A stretch of 64,000 bases of DNA from a virus. Each line of letters begins with the position of its first letter. Position 1 is the first letter of the stretch. Under the pieces are notes generated by a model, which searched no databases, had not been told where the DNA came from, and worked only from the letters and a program-made list of their open reading frames with translations. The stretch is taken from positions 1 to 64,000 of the IMG/VR virus record IMGVR_UViG_3300034198_017889. One strand, 5' to 3'. The translations under genes were made by a program, and so were the position numbers. Of this stretch, positions 36,988 to 48,500 are shown piece after piece.

Positions 36988-37620
36988 ATGAATAACTCAA
37001 TAAATAAACTATTAGATGAGCATAAAAAACTCATAGAGTCTGAGGCTAAGAAATATAGTACGAATATTCCTCTCATAACTGCACAGATTGAGGCATACAA
37101 ATTAGCCAGGCAGGCTGCTGAATCATATTCACCATCTGTTGGTAAATTCAGCACCCACCTAGTAAATAACCTTAAGAAGCTTTCAAGACTATCAACCCAG
37201 TATGGCAGCTCAATACGTCTCCCAGAGAACACACAGTTTGGGATAAATAAGATAAACCAAGTAGAGAAGCAATTAGAAAGTGAGTTTGGCAGGTCTCCCA
37301 CAACGGCAGAGATAGCCGACTATGCGGGGATGAATATAAAGATGGTGGACAGTCTACTTAAAAACAAAAGGTCTATTATTTCTTTTACGAATATGCTGGA
37401 AACCCCCACCATCATGGACAGCTCTAATGATGAGTGGGCTACTTTTGTTTATCATGACCTAGCGCCTAGAGATAAATTAATTTTTGAACACATGACTGGA
37501 TTTGGTGGTAAAAAAATAATCGAGTCTGACAAGATAGCTAAGAAATTAAAAATCACTCAACCTCAGATAAACCAAAGAATTAAAATCATTGGAGACATGC
37601 TCAACAAGGGCTGGAAATAA
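36988..37620 (+). CDS. Sigma-70 family sigma factor (regions 2, 3, 4; FliA/SigF-like size)
   Basis: AAESYSPSVGKFSTHL (region 2), IRLP..LESEFGRSPTTAEIAD (region 3), LAPRDKLIF..IAKKLKITQPQINQ (region 4). Confidence 0.88.
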   Translation: MNNSINKLLDEHKKLIESEAKKYSTNIPLITAQIEAYKLARQAAESYSPSVGKFSTHLVNNLKKLSRLSTQYGSSIRLPENTQFGINKINQVEKQLESEFGRSPTTAEIADYAGMNIKMVDSLLKNKRSIISFTNMLETPTIMDSSNDEWATFVYHDLAPRDKLIFEHMTGFGGKKIIESDKIAKKLKITQPQINQRIKIIGDMLNKGWK

Positions 37621-37622
37621 AT

Positions 37623-38045
37623 ATGAGTGATATTACGAAACTAGATGAACTGATGAGTACCATTAAAAAATGGTACCAAGAGGATATCCCAGAGGCCAGA
37701 ACGTCAAAGCTGGACGGAAATGGACGAAAATGGTTCTTGGATAGTATTAAATGGGATAAGACATTAAAGATGGAGGATCTGAGGAAGGCCACCGACAGAA
37801 AAGAATTAAATTCAACTTACACTGAAAGGTACAAGGAAACAGACCCCAAGGCCAGGAAAGGAATTGCAGCCATTAAAATTGAAATCGGTCAGCTATACTC
37901 ATATAATAAGTGCTTCGTACAGAGATATAAATCCAGAATGCAATACTACAAAGACGACTTATCTCAGAAAGGTGGAAGAAATATGTATAATGTTTGGCAA
38001 TCCGTGGCTACATTTAACACGTTTAAAACCAATTTAGATTCATAA
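37623..38045 (+). CDS. Hypothetical protein (140 aa)
   Basis: Tightly packed ORF. Confidence 0.7.
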   Translation: MSDITKLDELMSTIKKWYQEDIPEARTSKLDGNGRKWFLDSIKWDKTLKMEDLRKATDRKELNSTYTERYKETDPKARKGIAAIKIEIGQLYSYNKCFVQRYKSRMQYYKDDLSQKGGRNMYNVWQSVATFNTFKTNLDS

Positions 38046-38049
38046 ACTT

Positions 38050-38529
38050 ATGGCTATTCTAGCTGAAACCTCAGATTATACAGATAGAACTGTGGATGTT
38101 AGCATCTTACAGTATCCTGAGGCATTGGCTGTTGGAACCCAGGTGATGACCCCCTCTTTTGGTAACCCATCTAATCTCTGTGCAGGTCCTCAAAAGCTAA
38201 TACAGAGATATACAATATTAATGCTAACCAATGTGGGGTCTCAACCTGAGTACCCTGAGTTTGCAGCTGATTTCCTTTGGCGGCTCCAGGCAGGTATAGG
38301 TCCCACAGACACAATCAGAGCTAGGCAGATATTTACGTTAGCTGACTTTGATGTGGTTAACATTATAAAGCGATATCAAATAACAAACCCAAATTTACCA
38401 TTAGACGAGCAGTTGGCTAACACAAAACTGGTTAACTTGAAGCTGGCCAACAGTTATGTAGGATTCGACGTACTACTCACAACATTGGCTGGCTCCTCTG
38501 TAAATTTCCTGGTACCATTACCTAAATAA
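38050..38529 (+). CDS. Baseplate wedge/sheath initiator (gp25-like)
   Basis: GPQKLIQR..MLTNVGS..YPEF motif typical of gp25/W; precedes baseplate J. Confidence 0.7.
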   Translation: MAILAETSDYTDRTVDVSILQYPEALAVGTQVMTPSFGNPSNLCAGPQKLIQRYTILMLTNVGSQPEYPEFAADFLWRLQAGIGPTDTIRARQIFTLADFDVVNIIKRYQITNPNLPLDEQLANTKLVNLKLANSYVGFDVLLTTLAGSSVNFLVPLPK

Positions 38530-38531
38530 AT

Positions 38532-40145
38532 ATGAGTGAACCAGTACAATCAACCGCAGATAGGTTAACTACCTTTATAGCTAATAATTACAGCAATGCT
38601 GATACCTCTCCAGGATCAGTAATAAGTGAGCTTGTGGTTAAGCTGGCTGCGTCACTACAGAATGCTCAATACAACACAATAGTAGGTATTTCACAGAGCT
38701 CTGCAATCAGTCAAGCACTCGACTCCACAACAGACACTTATTCTAACCAAATAGACTTAATTGCTTCTAATTACAACACCTCAAGAAGTGAAGGAAGGTA
38801 TTCCACGGGTAATATACAAGTAAGGGTTTCTTCACAGAACACCTACAACATAGGCGCAACCCTACAATTCACCCAACCTGCATTAGGTTTAACATACAAG
38901 GTGAACAAGCAATTCAAGGTATCGCCCACACCAGATCTTAACCTAGGGGAGCTTCAACTATTTAGTGAGAATGGTCAGTACTACTTTATACTTCCGGTTA
39001 CCGCCACAGAAGTAGGAACAACCTCACAGGTTTCCTCAGGAACCACATTCTCTGTATTACGCCCTAGCTCAATCTCTAGCTTTGTATCCGCCAAGGCTTA
39101 TGGCAACTTTACATCAGGCCTCCCAAAAGAAACCGACAAGCAATTAATATCTAAATTTAAAAATACTCTAGGTAGTAGCCGGTTTGAATCCCCCGCAGGC
39201 ATGGCCAACAGACTATCTAAAGATTACCCTACATTTCAGACACTCTCAATCTGTGGAGCTAATGACCTAGAGATGACAAGATCAAAGCAGAATGCCTTAG
39301 GAATTTCAACCTTTGGTATGGCAGATGTTTACGTAAGAAACTCAGTAGGACCAGAGACATACAGCACAGCAGTACCAGCCACAAAGACCGGACCCGGAGT
39401 TTGGGAATTAAACTTAGATTCTTCATACTGTGCAGGATTTTACAACGTTTTCTCTATCATACCCAACACCTCAAAGTTAACTGGTGGTACTCTTCCTATC
39501 ACAAACACATCTTTTAGCTACAGACTTTTTACCGATACTAAAAACAATGTAATTACCTCCGCATCCGATGCCAGGTTCTCTAAATACCAAACAGCCAAGA
39601 TCGTATTTACGTATAATGAAGCGCCTGAACTTGAAGTTGGTTCAACGGCGAGTTTTATAGTTTCAGCAAACTATCAACCAAACATCGGAGATATCCAGGA
39701 TCTCATCACATCTAGCGACGAGCGTTTAGCTTGTGCGGACTATCTTGTGAAAGCTGCTCTTCCTTGCTTTGTATCACTAAATATCCCCCTGGTTCTTAAA
39801 AACCCCAACGACACATACGACTCACTCAAGCTCAACAATCTTAAGCAGGAAATATTCAATTACGTTAACACCATCCCCTTCGGAGATGACCTGTATGCAT
39901 CTAAAATTATAACAATTTGTCATAACTACAATATCTCTAGAGTTGATCTACCTATAACTTTAAAAGGTAATATTTTATGCAATGACGGAACCTCTATAAA
40001 CATCGTTGATAATGACTATTTAAAAATACCTACCAATATCCCGGTAGGTGTTTCACCCAAGACTACTCAATTTTTTATAAACTACTACGACACCTCTATA
40101 GGTGGAACAAACGTACTAGATAATATAGGTCTTGAATTACGATAA
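38532..40145 (+). CDS. Baseplate J/gp6-like wedge protein
   Basis: SPGSVISEL, IDLIASNY..R..STG, ATEVG, FTSGLPKETDKQL, GMADVYV motifs. Confidence 0.85.
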   Translation: MSEPVQSTADRLTTFIANNYSNADTSPGSVISELVVKLAASLQNAQYNTIVGISQSSAISQALDSTTDTYSNQIDLIASNYNTSRSEGRYSTGNIQVRVSSQNTYNIGATLQFTQPALGLTYKVNKQFKVSPTPDLNLGELQLFSENGQYYFILPVTATEVGTTSQVSSGTTFSVLRPSSISSFVSAKAYGNFTSGLPKETDKQLISKFKNTLGSSRFESPAGMANRLSKDYPTFQTLSICGANDLEMTRSKQNALGISTFGMADVYVRNSVGPETYSTAVPATKTGPGVWELNLDSSYCAGFYNVFSIIPNTSKLTGGTLPITNTSFSYRLFTDTKNNVITSASDARFSKYQTAKIVFTYNEAPELEVGSTASFIVSANYQPNIGDIQDLITSSDERLACADYLVKAALPCFVSLNIPLVLKNPNDTYDSLKLNNLKQEIFNYVNTIPFGDDLYASKIITICHNYNISRVDLPITLKGNILCNDGTSINIVDNDYLKIPTNIPVGVSPKTTQFFINYYDTSIGGTNVLDNIGLELR

Positions 40146-41938
40146 TGGACTTTGGGTTTTTATCATCTCAATATCCCGCTAAAGACTATACCAGCGGAGA
40201 TAGACTCCTTTTGTCATTAGGGTCGTTTTGGACCCAGATATTCCAGGAGCAGGGTACATTACGTGGGTACACCCTAGGTATGGCTGAGGAACTAATCCAG
40301 AGCTACTATACATTAATAGAGACTCTGAATAGTTACTCTATTAAAGATATCCCTGTACTCTCAAAAACCAAATGGCAGCCAATAATCATAAAGCGCTCTA
40401 CATTTAACCAGACTCCTTTTAAGTTTAAGAGTAACGAGGCTGTATTCGGGTCCCAACCAGAAAGTGATAAGTTTTACAGGAACGAGACATTTAGATTCGG
40501 TAAACCCCAAAGCCCCACTGGAACTGTTTTTAGTTTTACTCCAGACTTCCAGCTCCGTAAGTTTTCAATCATAGCCGATAGAATAATTAATCCTACTTGT
40601 GTTTTCACGAACGGTGTAGACATCACGATGGATGAGTCAAATAATTTATATTTCAACGTAGACTTATTTAGTAATTTAACAATTCCTAGAGCTTCCCTAG
40701 TAGATTCGTCTGGAACTCCTGAAAAATATATACTTCCTGACGGAACAATAGGTAATGACGAATTCATAATTCTATGGTGCTATAACTCTGAGAGTGATAC
40801 AGAATACGTATATTCTAATTTTGGTAAACTGTTCGACTTTAAACTACCCTCTAGTGAGGTGTACAAAGGGATGCTCAAATCTATTTTCAATCTTTTTGTA
40901 TCTGGCCCTACAGTTAACTCTATTAAGTCAATAATGGCGGCGTTTAACGGAATCACTCCAGTTATATCCCCAGTGGAGACAATAGAAGGAATACACAGTG
41001 ACAATCTACTCAACTATGTAATTACTGATAAGCATGTTTATAAGTTCGAAACTCATCAAGAGTTAAGGTCAGAGATCAAAGTGGGAGATGTGGTTTATGG
41101 TGGCGATATTCTTGTTAACACAGTGGAATATTACGACAACATGACCGACTACGAGTGGTGGAAGACAGCCATAGCCACCCCCAAACTAGGTATATCCTCT
41201 CATGTGTTTTTAGGTAACTATAAGCACCAGCTTTTCTTCTCTACCTCTCCAGAGATGGCCACTCTTTCCGCTGATGACAAAGTAAACTTTCCTGTGCATG
41301 GTGAGATAGAGGATGTAGCGGAATTTCAAAAATATATAAACCTACCTGCTAATAAGTCAGCGGTTAAAAAATCTCTAGGCCTCAAGAATCCTGGTAACGT
41401 AGCAATTATTACTCCCCTAAACTTCTTGTTTGATAACTTTTTTAAAAATAACACAGCACTACTAAAATTTAACTTTTATAGCCCGGAAGAACTTGCAGTT
41501 TTCTTTAGTTATTTTCCAATGATGAAGAACTATCTTCCATCACACGTTTATATTCTATTGTACGTTAATCTTAATTTACCATCATTGGAATATGGTAGAA
41601 TGAACTCCAGATATAGTTTACCTCAGTTCAATAACGCTAAGTTGAGCTTAGATGGCTCAGATAGCTCAGGTTTACGCCCAGAGTTATTGCCTGCCGATCC
41701 AGAGTACTACAAAAGCTACAAAGACAGATTGTTCTGTATAAGTGAGTCACCCCAGGCTATGGATCGCAATCCATTATTTCACCCCTCTAACTTGGAACGC
41801 GTTACATTAGCAAATAATGAAAGAATGGCTGGTATTACTAGGGCGATAGATGGTAAAGTTTTTACAGCTATTCCTAACACCGTACCTACCCCTACAAATA
41901 AAGAAATTCCTACAGTGTTATTAATCGACTTTTCTTAG
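40145..41938 (+). CDS. Baseplate wedge protein (gp7/gpI-like)
   Basis: Follows J; YKGMLKSIF..GPTVNSIK and YLPSHV motifs. Confidence 0.6.
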   Translation: MDFGFLSSQYPAKDYTSGDRLLLSLGSFWTQIFQEQGTLRGYTLGMAEELIQSYYTLIETLNSYSIKDIPVLSKTKWQPIIIKRSTFNQTPFKFKSNEAVFGSQPESDKFYRNETFRFGKPQSPTGTVFSFTPDFQLRKFSIIADRIINPTCVFTNGVDITMDESNNLYFNVDLFSNLTIPRASLVDSSGTPEKYILPDGTIGNDEFIILWCYNSESDTEYVYSNFGKLFDFKLPSSEVYKGMLKSIFNLFVSGPTVNSIKSIMAAFNGITPVISPVETIEGIHSDNLLNYVITDKHVYKFETHQELRSEIKVGDVVYGGDILVNTVEYYDNMTDYEWWKTAIATPKLGISSHVFLGNYKHQLFFSTSPEMATLSADDKVNFPVHGEIEDVAEFQKYINLPANKSAVKKSLGLKNPGNVAIITPLNFLFDNFFKNNTALLKFNFYSPEELAVFFSYFPMMKNYLPSHVYILLYVNLNLPSLEYGRMNSRYSLPQFNNAKLSLDGSDSSGLRPELLPADPEYYKSYKDRLFCISESPQAMDRNPLFHPSNLERVTLANNERMAGITRAIDGKVFTAIPNTVPTPTNKEIPTVLLIDFS

Positions 41939-41962
41939 CCTTAAAGTATAATTAAAGAAAAT

Positions 41963-42532
41963 ATGGGAACCCTAGAAAAAAGTAATTTAAACAAGTCAAT
42001 CTCAGGTTTTGTGAAGATTTGGAAGTCCTGCCCTGTAACTGGAGCAGTGGAAGTTGTTGTAGATCAACCTAATATGATTCTTTATGGCGGTGCCAGGCTT
42101 ATGGCTTATGCCCTTGGAGGTAAACCCAATACAGGAATTTGGGGTATGTATATCGGATATAATAATAACCAAACATTCAGCAGACCAACTATTGACACTG
42201 CTTACTCTCAAACATTCGCAGGTTTCGACGCTGCCCAGGGTTTTGGATATCTAAGAGAACCCCTTACATTTACCCCTAATTACCTGTCTGACGCCAGTTA
42301 TCAAGACAACACGGTTTTGTTTAGCACAATGATAACATCCTCCACCTCAGCTGGTGGTGCCTTATTCCAAGACGGTGTTAGTAATATTTACGAGGTTGCC
42401 TTGGTGGGCGCACAAGACCCATCGAATAGTAACAAGGATATTGTGTTTTCTAGAACAGGATTTAACACAATTAAATATGATTCCACGTTTAACTTTACCA
42501 TAACCTGGGGAATTAAGTTCCTCGTAGATTAA
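41963..42532 (+). CDS. Baseplate/tail-collar fibre attachment protein
   Basis: NMILYGG..IYEVALV..VFSR..IK..TITWGI pattern of collar/fibre N-terminal domains. Confidence 0.6.
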   Translation: MGTLEKSNLNKSISGFVKIWKSCPVTGAVEVVVDQPNMILYGGARLMAYALGGKPNTGIWGMYIGYNNNQTFSRPTIDTAYSQTFAGFDAAQGFGYLREPLTFTPNYLSDASYQDNTVLFSTMITSSTSAGGALFQDGVSNIYEVALVGAQDPSNSNKDIVFSRTGFNTIKYDSTFNFTITWGIKFLVD

Positions 42533-42537
42533 TATTT

Positions 42538-44682
42538 ATGTCTGTAACACCCTGGGTACCTACGGTACAACTAATTCAAGATGGTCAGGACGTTTCACAA
42601 GCTGTAGTAAACGTTCCATTAGAGCAGCTCATTCAAAGAGACCAACATCTCTACGACGAATTTGCTGAGCTTCAGGGTAAGTCTGTACTTATCAGCTTTG
42701 GTGACCCTGTATACCCGGGAGATACGCAGGGAAACAGCCCCATTTTGGACGGTGAGTTAAATGTAGTTTATTTTAGAGATGACCAAGGTGGTAAGGGGTT
42801 ATCTAGGGCACAGACTGGGTTTTCGTCCTCTAATACATCAAGCATGTTCTCTCCTAACAAGTCTAACTACGCTTTTGGTATTGTTAAATCAGTTAGCTCT
42901 GATAATTTGGTGGATTGCTTTATAGAGGGTGTGTGTGAGTTTAATACTCCTATGGATGACCCTATAAATGGCATACTCGAAACTTCCAGGGACATAAATG
43001 GTAACCCTGTATCAGAGGTTTTTGAGACTGGTCCATACTATCTCTCAAGAAAGCTTCCAGGTAAACTCACTAAGAATCCTGACGGTGTGCCAGTGTATGT
43101 GGGCTATGCATTATCACCTACTAAGTTCTTACTACACCCGTCTGTTGATGAATTCTCTCAGTTCTTCATAAACTATAGGTATACCGTTTTAGACCGTCCG
43201 GTGTATCCTCCTGTTCTGAGTGAGGATGGAACAACTTGGACAATACCAACACCACCAGGCCAGCCAGCTAACCCAAACAGACTAGGCTGGATAGCTGCAA
43301 GCCAAGCTAATCTTCCTGGCTATACAATTCCTACAAGCCCTCTAGGTGTGCAGGCTAAGTTTTTCTATCACATACCTAATAACATAAAAGACCCGGCATC
43401 TCCTGACTTCATTCATTTAAATAATGACGAGAGAGTTGAGGCCGCTGAGCTAGGTAGTTTGCTTCCTCCGGTTCCTTCTAATTTTGTTGAGCTTATGTCT
43501 AATGGTGTGGATCAACGCTACTGTGATGTTTACTCCCCTGACGGCATTTACTCAGTTGATGACTATGGTATATGGTGGTTCACCGATCAGGCTGGTTTGC
43601 AACCCTGGGCGGACGATATTCTTTCACAAGGTAACTGGGATCCCACAGACTGGGATACCTACAAGGGAAGCAACTTCAGAAGACCAAGATTATTCATATC
43701 TTTTGCTAAATTTAATCCCGCCCTTAGAACACAATTAGTAAGCTCTCTCAGACCATTTAATAATTTAGCAGATCAATCTATAGGCGTGGGGCAAACTCGC
43801 AATAATAGCTCAAACTTCATAACTTTTTACACAAAAGATAACCCTAGTGTTATTTCTCCTACTGGTGACTTACTTGTAAAGGTTAACCCTCAGTTCATCC
43901 CTGCTGGGTTATCCGCTAACTTAGCCTCAGTCCCGTCTAGTGTTGTTAATAATCAATATACTACATCTCCAGGGTATACCGCAGGAAGTGCTGTAGCTGA
44001 TATCACTTTTGATCAAGTCCAAGGCAAGTTTATCAAGACCGTGACTCCAGTTGTATCCAAGCTTTCAGGTGTTGGAGGAATTAATGTTTCCCCTGTTTCG
44101 GGTGAACCAGGAGCTTATAATGTATCTTATCTAACCAGGGGAATATATGGCCTTGTGGATTCTATCGAACCTGTTAACTCTAGGTTAGAATTCAGGGGAT
44201 TAAACTCATATATCAGGCTACCATATTCAAAACCTGTGACTGTTCCTTACGGACTTATAGGCAAGGTGGTTCTCACAAAAGAAGCTATTAACAATGTACC
44301 ATTAAACCTAACTATGCAGGTTTTTGGTAATTCTGGATATACCTCAGGTAACTCTAACACAACACTCACATTCACTTTTGAATATTCTGCAACAACAGCT
44401 CAAAATTCATCAGCCCCTAGTGGAACATTAGGTATTAATAACTTAGTAAGTTTGACCTCTGTTGGAACATCAACCATAACTTTAAATATGCCAACCTCTG
44501 GAGGGTATGTCGCTTACACACCTATCAATTTGGAGGGTGTATTAACAATCCCAGCTCAGTACATAGCGGAGGACACAGTTGTTAATTTTAAAATTGTAAG
44601 AATCTTCTCCAGCACCGGAAACGATTATGCGAGTGATATAGGTATTCTCGGCATATACTGGGGTATCACCAACGTTCAATAA
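42538..44682 (+). CDS. Virion structural protein, probable tail fibre/baseplate component
   Basis: N-terminal DGQDV..VVNVPLEQLIQRDQHL resembles fibre attachment segments; beta-rich. Confidence 0.55.
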   Translation: MSVTPWVPTVQLIQDGQDVSQAVVNVPLEQLIQRDQHLYDEFAELQGKSVLISFGDPVYPGDTQGNSPILDGELNVVYFRDDQGGKGLSRAQTGFSSSNTSSMFSPNKSNYAFGIVKSVSSDNLVDCFIEGVCEFNTPMDDPINGILETSRDINGNPVSEVFETGPYYLSRKLPGKLTKNPDGVPVYVGYALSPTKFLLHPSVDEFSQFFINYRYTVLDRPVYPPVLSEDGTTWTIPTPPGQPANPNRLGWIAASQANLPGYTIPTSPLGVQAKFFYHIPNNIKDPASPDFIHLNNDERVEAAELGSLLPPVPSNFVELMSNGVDQRYCDVYSPDGIYSVDDYGIWWFTDQAGLQPWADDILSQGNWDPTDWDTYKGSNFRRPRLFISFAKFNPALRTQLVSSLRPFNNLADQSIGVGQTRNNSSNFITFYTKDNPSVISPTGDLLVKVNPQFIPAGLSANLASVPSSVVNNQYTTSPGYTAGSAVADITFDQVQGKFIKTVTPVVSKLSGVGGINVSPVSGEPGAYNVSYLTRGIYGLVDSIEPVNSRLEFRGLNSYIRLPYSKPVTVPYGLIGKVVLTKEAINNVPLNLTMQVFGNSGYTSGNSNTTLTFTFEYSATTAQNSSAPSGTLGINNLVSLTSVGTSTITLNMPTSGGYVAYTPINLEGVLTIPAQYIAEDTVVNFKIVRIFSSTGNDYASDIGILGIYWGITNVQ

Positions 44683-45572
44683 TGCCCTGGGTAGACTCAC
44701 TAGACTATTTAGACTTAAACTCACTACGGCGCTACCCAATAAGGGAAAACACCTCTGTAGTGAGTCAGGATGGTGTATTTCAAATTCCTGACAACCTTAT
44801 TGTTGATTTCTCGCTATCAGCGTCTAACGATATATCTAAAAGATTCTACATTTCACGAATATTCAATAAACTGTTTTCGTGTACGATCGATATAGCTGAC
44901 TATAGCAATTATTCTATTGTTGGTAGTTTTGAAATAGATTTTAATAAACATAAACTTAACGATACCTATTATCTATCTGGTGTGGGTGACTATGTGGGGG
45001 CTAATGGTAAAATTACCATAGGTAGAGGGAATGATTTACAACTACAACCTGCAGGTAATTTCACGTTCAACCCTGAGTCTACTGAGTTTGAGACCAGGAC
45101 AATTATTCCTGGTTTGGCTGGAGTGTCTAGTATCAAGTATATAGACTCCAAGGGTAGCAGTAGAACTCTCACAGGAGCCGTTACAATGCAGGCTAGATCA
45201 AACATGGCATTCTCATTTGACGCCCTTAGTAACACGGTAGCTATGGATGTAGGTGATAACTTAGGGCTTAACAAGATTTGTACAACGAACAATTGCGTTA
45301 AAAGAATTAACGGTGTTGCTCCAGAGCCTACAACAGGTAATATCAGCTTTATCGGGATGGATTGTATGCAGGTATCCAGCAGCGCTGCCTACACTATTAA
45401 GTTTGAGGATACCTGCTGTACTCCCTGCTCAGGTTGCTCAGATCTATCAACACTCACAACCAGGCTCACAAGTCTGGAGAATAGTTTTATTGACTTAAAG
45501 AATTATTATTCTACCCTCAATGGACAGCTGACCAATTACTTAACAACTGTTAATTCTAATTGTTCTTGCTGA
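44682..45572 (+). CDS. Fibre-anchor family paralog 1 (Cys-rich C-terminus)
   Basis: LDYLDLNSLRRYP start; VKRINGVAP; CCTPCSGC; coiled-coil end. Confidence 0.7.
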   Translation: MPWVDSLDYLDLNSLRRYPIRENTSVVSQDGVFQIPDNLIVDFSLSASNDISKRFYISRIFNKLFSCTIDIADYSNYSIVGSFEIDFNKHKLNDTYYLSGVGDYVGANGKITIGRGNDLQLQPAGNFTFNPESTEFETRTIIPGLAGVSSIKYIDSKGSSRTLTGAVTMQARSNMAFSFDALSNTVAMDVGDNLGLNKICTTNNCVKRINGVAPEPTTGNISFIGMDCMQVSSSAAYTIKFEDTCCTPCSGCSDLSTLTTRLTSLENSFIDLKNYYSTLNGQLTNYLTTVNSNCSC

Positions 45573-45588
45573 TAATTAGACTAACAGT

Positions 45589-48500
45589 ATGCCTGCACTA
45601 GAGTATCTAAGTGGAAACAGTTTAATCTCTTACCCGTTCAAAGATGGGAGAGCCGTTAATTCTTATCTACCTTTAGGAGATGATACATTTCTCGACGCTC
45701 TTTTCGTGATTAGTGGTGAAGTCGGAATTTCACGACCATATATAAGCCACATCTCAACAGCTCAGAGTGTTATAACCTTCGAGCTTAGTGACGTTGTTGG
45801 TGGTTTATTCGGTGTAGTTGAACTTCCAACTAGCTCAGCAGTAAACCACCTTGATAGTGTGGGGGATAATTTTTTCCATGTAACCAACTCCACTTGGTCG
45901 GCTAAGTTTGTATTTGGTCCGGGAATTTTTGAACTACATACTCCAGGTATAAACATACAATTCACCCCGGACGAGACTGAGTTCTCGCCGTCTGTAGTAA
46001 TTCACACTGTACCTATGGTGACTGCTCTTAATTTTGAATCATACCATAATGACGGTACACTCGCAGCACAAACACCCGAGGCTGTTCATATATACTCACC
46101 CGGTGAAGAGGCCAAGATGACCAACGGGTCTAATAATGTTTTTAATTTCTTGTCTCCTGAGACTATGTATCTAGATATACAGCGAGGAGCAGGAACAGGA
46201 TTACATGACCCATGCGCCTCTGGAAATATCACCGATATTTACAGTATTAATAGAATCACTCCGGACAGCCAGGGTAGTATGTTTTTCTCTGCATCTGATT
46301 GCTACTCTATGGAGCTTCTTACGTATAATGACACTCAACTATACAGCTTCATACCAGATATCGCTAGCCGATATGGAGACTTTGCAACACCTATACCCCA
46401 GATAGGAAATACCCCTGGATATACCCAGTATTTTAATGCTATTGCTCCTGAGATGGGTGGTCACGGCCTTGTGATGCAGAACCACTGCCAACCAAAATGT
46501 CCCCCGCAAAATTTAAACGCTTTTGCTGAATATCTTAACCGAGTTACTGATGGAGCAGCTGAATTATATAAGTTTGTAAGTAATTCATATGAAACATATG
46601 GAACAGGTACGTTATCAGGTGATATTTTCACGGTAGAAGTATTCTGCGGTACAACTCTTCCAGATAACTGGGTTTCAGGTGTATGTAGTGGATCTTTTAC
46701 AAAATACTTCCACGAGGGCAAAACACTGCAAATTAGATATGACTCAACCACAATAAAGTCATACAAAATTTTGGATGTTCTTAGTAATAGTGCTGTAAGA
46801 CTAAATCTTGAAGCTACAAACCCACCCACCATTAATGTTTCCGGACCAGCACCATTTAAAATCTTAGAGCTTGGTATAAAAAATAAGCTAAATTCGGCCA
46901 TTCTTACTAACAATGAAAAGCTTCTTACAAAAAATGTACCATCTATAGATATTAACTACGGAACAGTTGAGGCATACAACGCAGTTAAGGATTACGGAAC
47001 ATTCATAACGGCTATTGTTGTTATTTATAACCCCACCCCAGCACCACTTAACTTTTCAGTGAGCTGGGACACAAACAATATTACGAAAGTCGTGCCTAGC
47101 TCAATAAAAACTAAAACCAGTTCTGGTGTGATTAGTTATGGTGGCACCGTAGGAATTATAAATTGCAAAGACTACGCAACTTTTGAGGCAATCTTCTTCA
47201 TACCATGCTCAACTTCCGAAAATAGTCCTAACGAGGGAAGCGTAACTTTCAATGTACTGAATACCGCCGATAATCTAGACCTGGAGAATTCACCCAAATC
47301 AGTAATGGCAACCGCCGCGACATGCGTATCTGCGGACCAAGCTATAATTTATGTAAAAGCTTTAGAGGGTGCACCTTTCTCATATTATCTACCAGTTGGT
47401 CCTGGTGTTACTTCCTTATCGTTTTCGGGAAATGCGCCCAATTGGCTAACCTTTGATAACTCAATCACACCAGGAGCAGGCAATCTACACGGAACTCCCA
47501 CAGGAAGCGTAAGTGGGTCATACACGATAAGCGCAGGAATAAACTCAGCTGGTGGATCAACAGCACAAACCATTGTGCTTACGTACGTGGCTAAACCTAG
47601 GATTGTGTACCCTGAGGATTCTTCTACCATACAGATCTACCCACCAGACACAAATAGCAGAACATACACAGAGGGAGCCCCACTCACACCTATAGTGGCC
47701 ACAAATTCACCGAGCGGTTACTCTATAGTGGGTGCGCCTCTAGGGCTAAGACAAGTAGGAAATGGGCTTATCGGTCAGATAACCCTAGGATCAAATCCCA
47801 CCTTCCCAATTAACTATGTGCTCACCATGTCTGCCTCTAACGAGGCCGGTGAATCTCTACCGGTTACGGTTAATCTGGAATTAACCAATGTACCTATATC
47901 CACACCTGCGGCCACATATGGAACACAATTTTGCTATTCTATTATATCCGGGCCAGAGGTGTTATCTCAGTCTGTTATCACGTCACTACCTAATTGGCTA
48001 TCATTTAATCCGGCCGTAAACCTAGTCTCAAGTACCACTCCCCCAGTATGTTCCCTATCCGGGATGAATACATCATACTCAGGAAAACCAGAGATAGTTA
48101 TAGTTAGACAAAATCTTAAAGGTGGAAGCTACAGATTAGTACAATATATAATTCCATACTCATCAATTCCCAACATAACATACCCAACACCAGGGGCAAT
48201 ATTCAACGTATACCCACCTAACTTTGTTAATAGTGGCGACGGCGCTACCGTGTTCACCGCAGCATACCCGCTATTAAAGGTATACTCCACGAACACCACA
48301 ACGTCATTTAACGCCACCGGATTACCCTTAGGGCTATCTATAGATAACTCTGGTAATATAGTTGGAAAAATTACCTCAGGAGCGGGAATATACAGCACCA
48401 CAATTACCGCCACAAATTCAGTTGGCACATCTCCTCCGGTTACTTTTAGTTTTGATCTTTTAGACCAAGTACCCACTATTAACGCATATCAAGGAAAAGC

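Noticed and set aside
14548-45572. Extracellular contractile injection system, tailocin or T6SS
   Set aside because: Protease, scaffold, capsid and neck genes plus RNAP and tmRNA indicate a complete phage.
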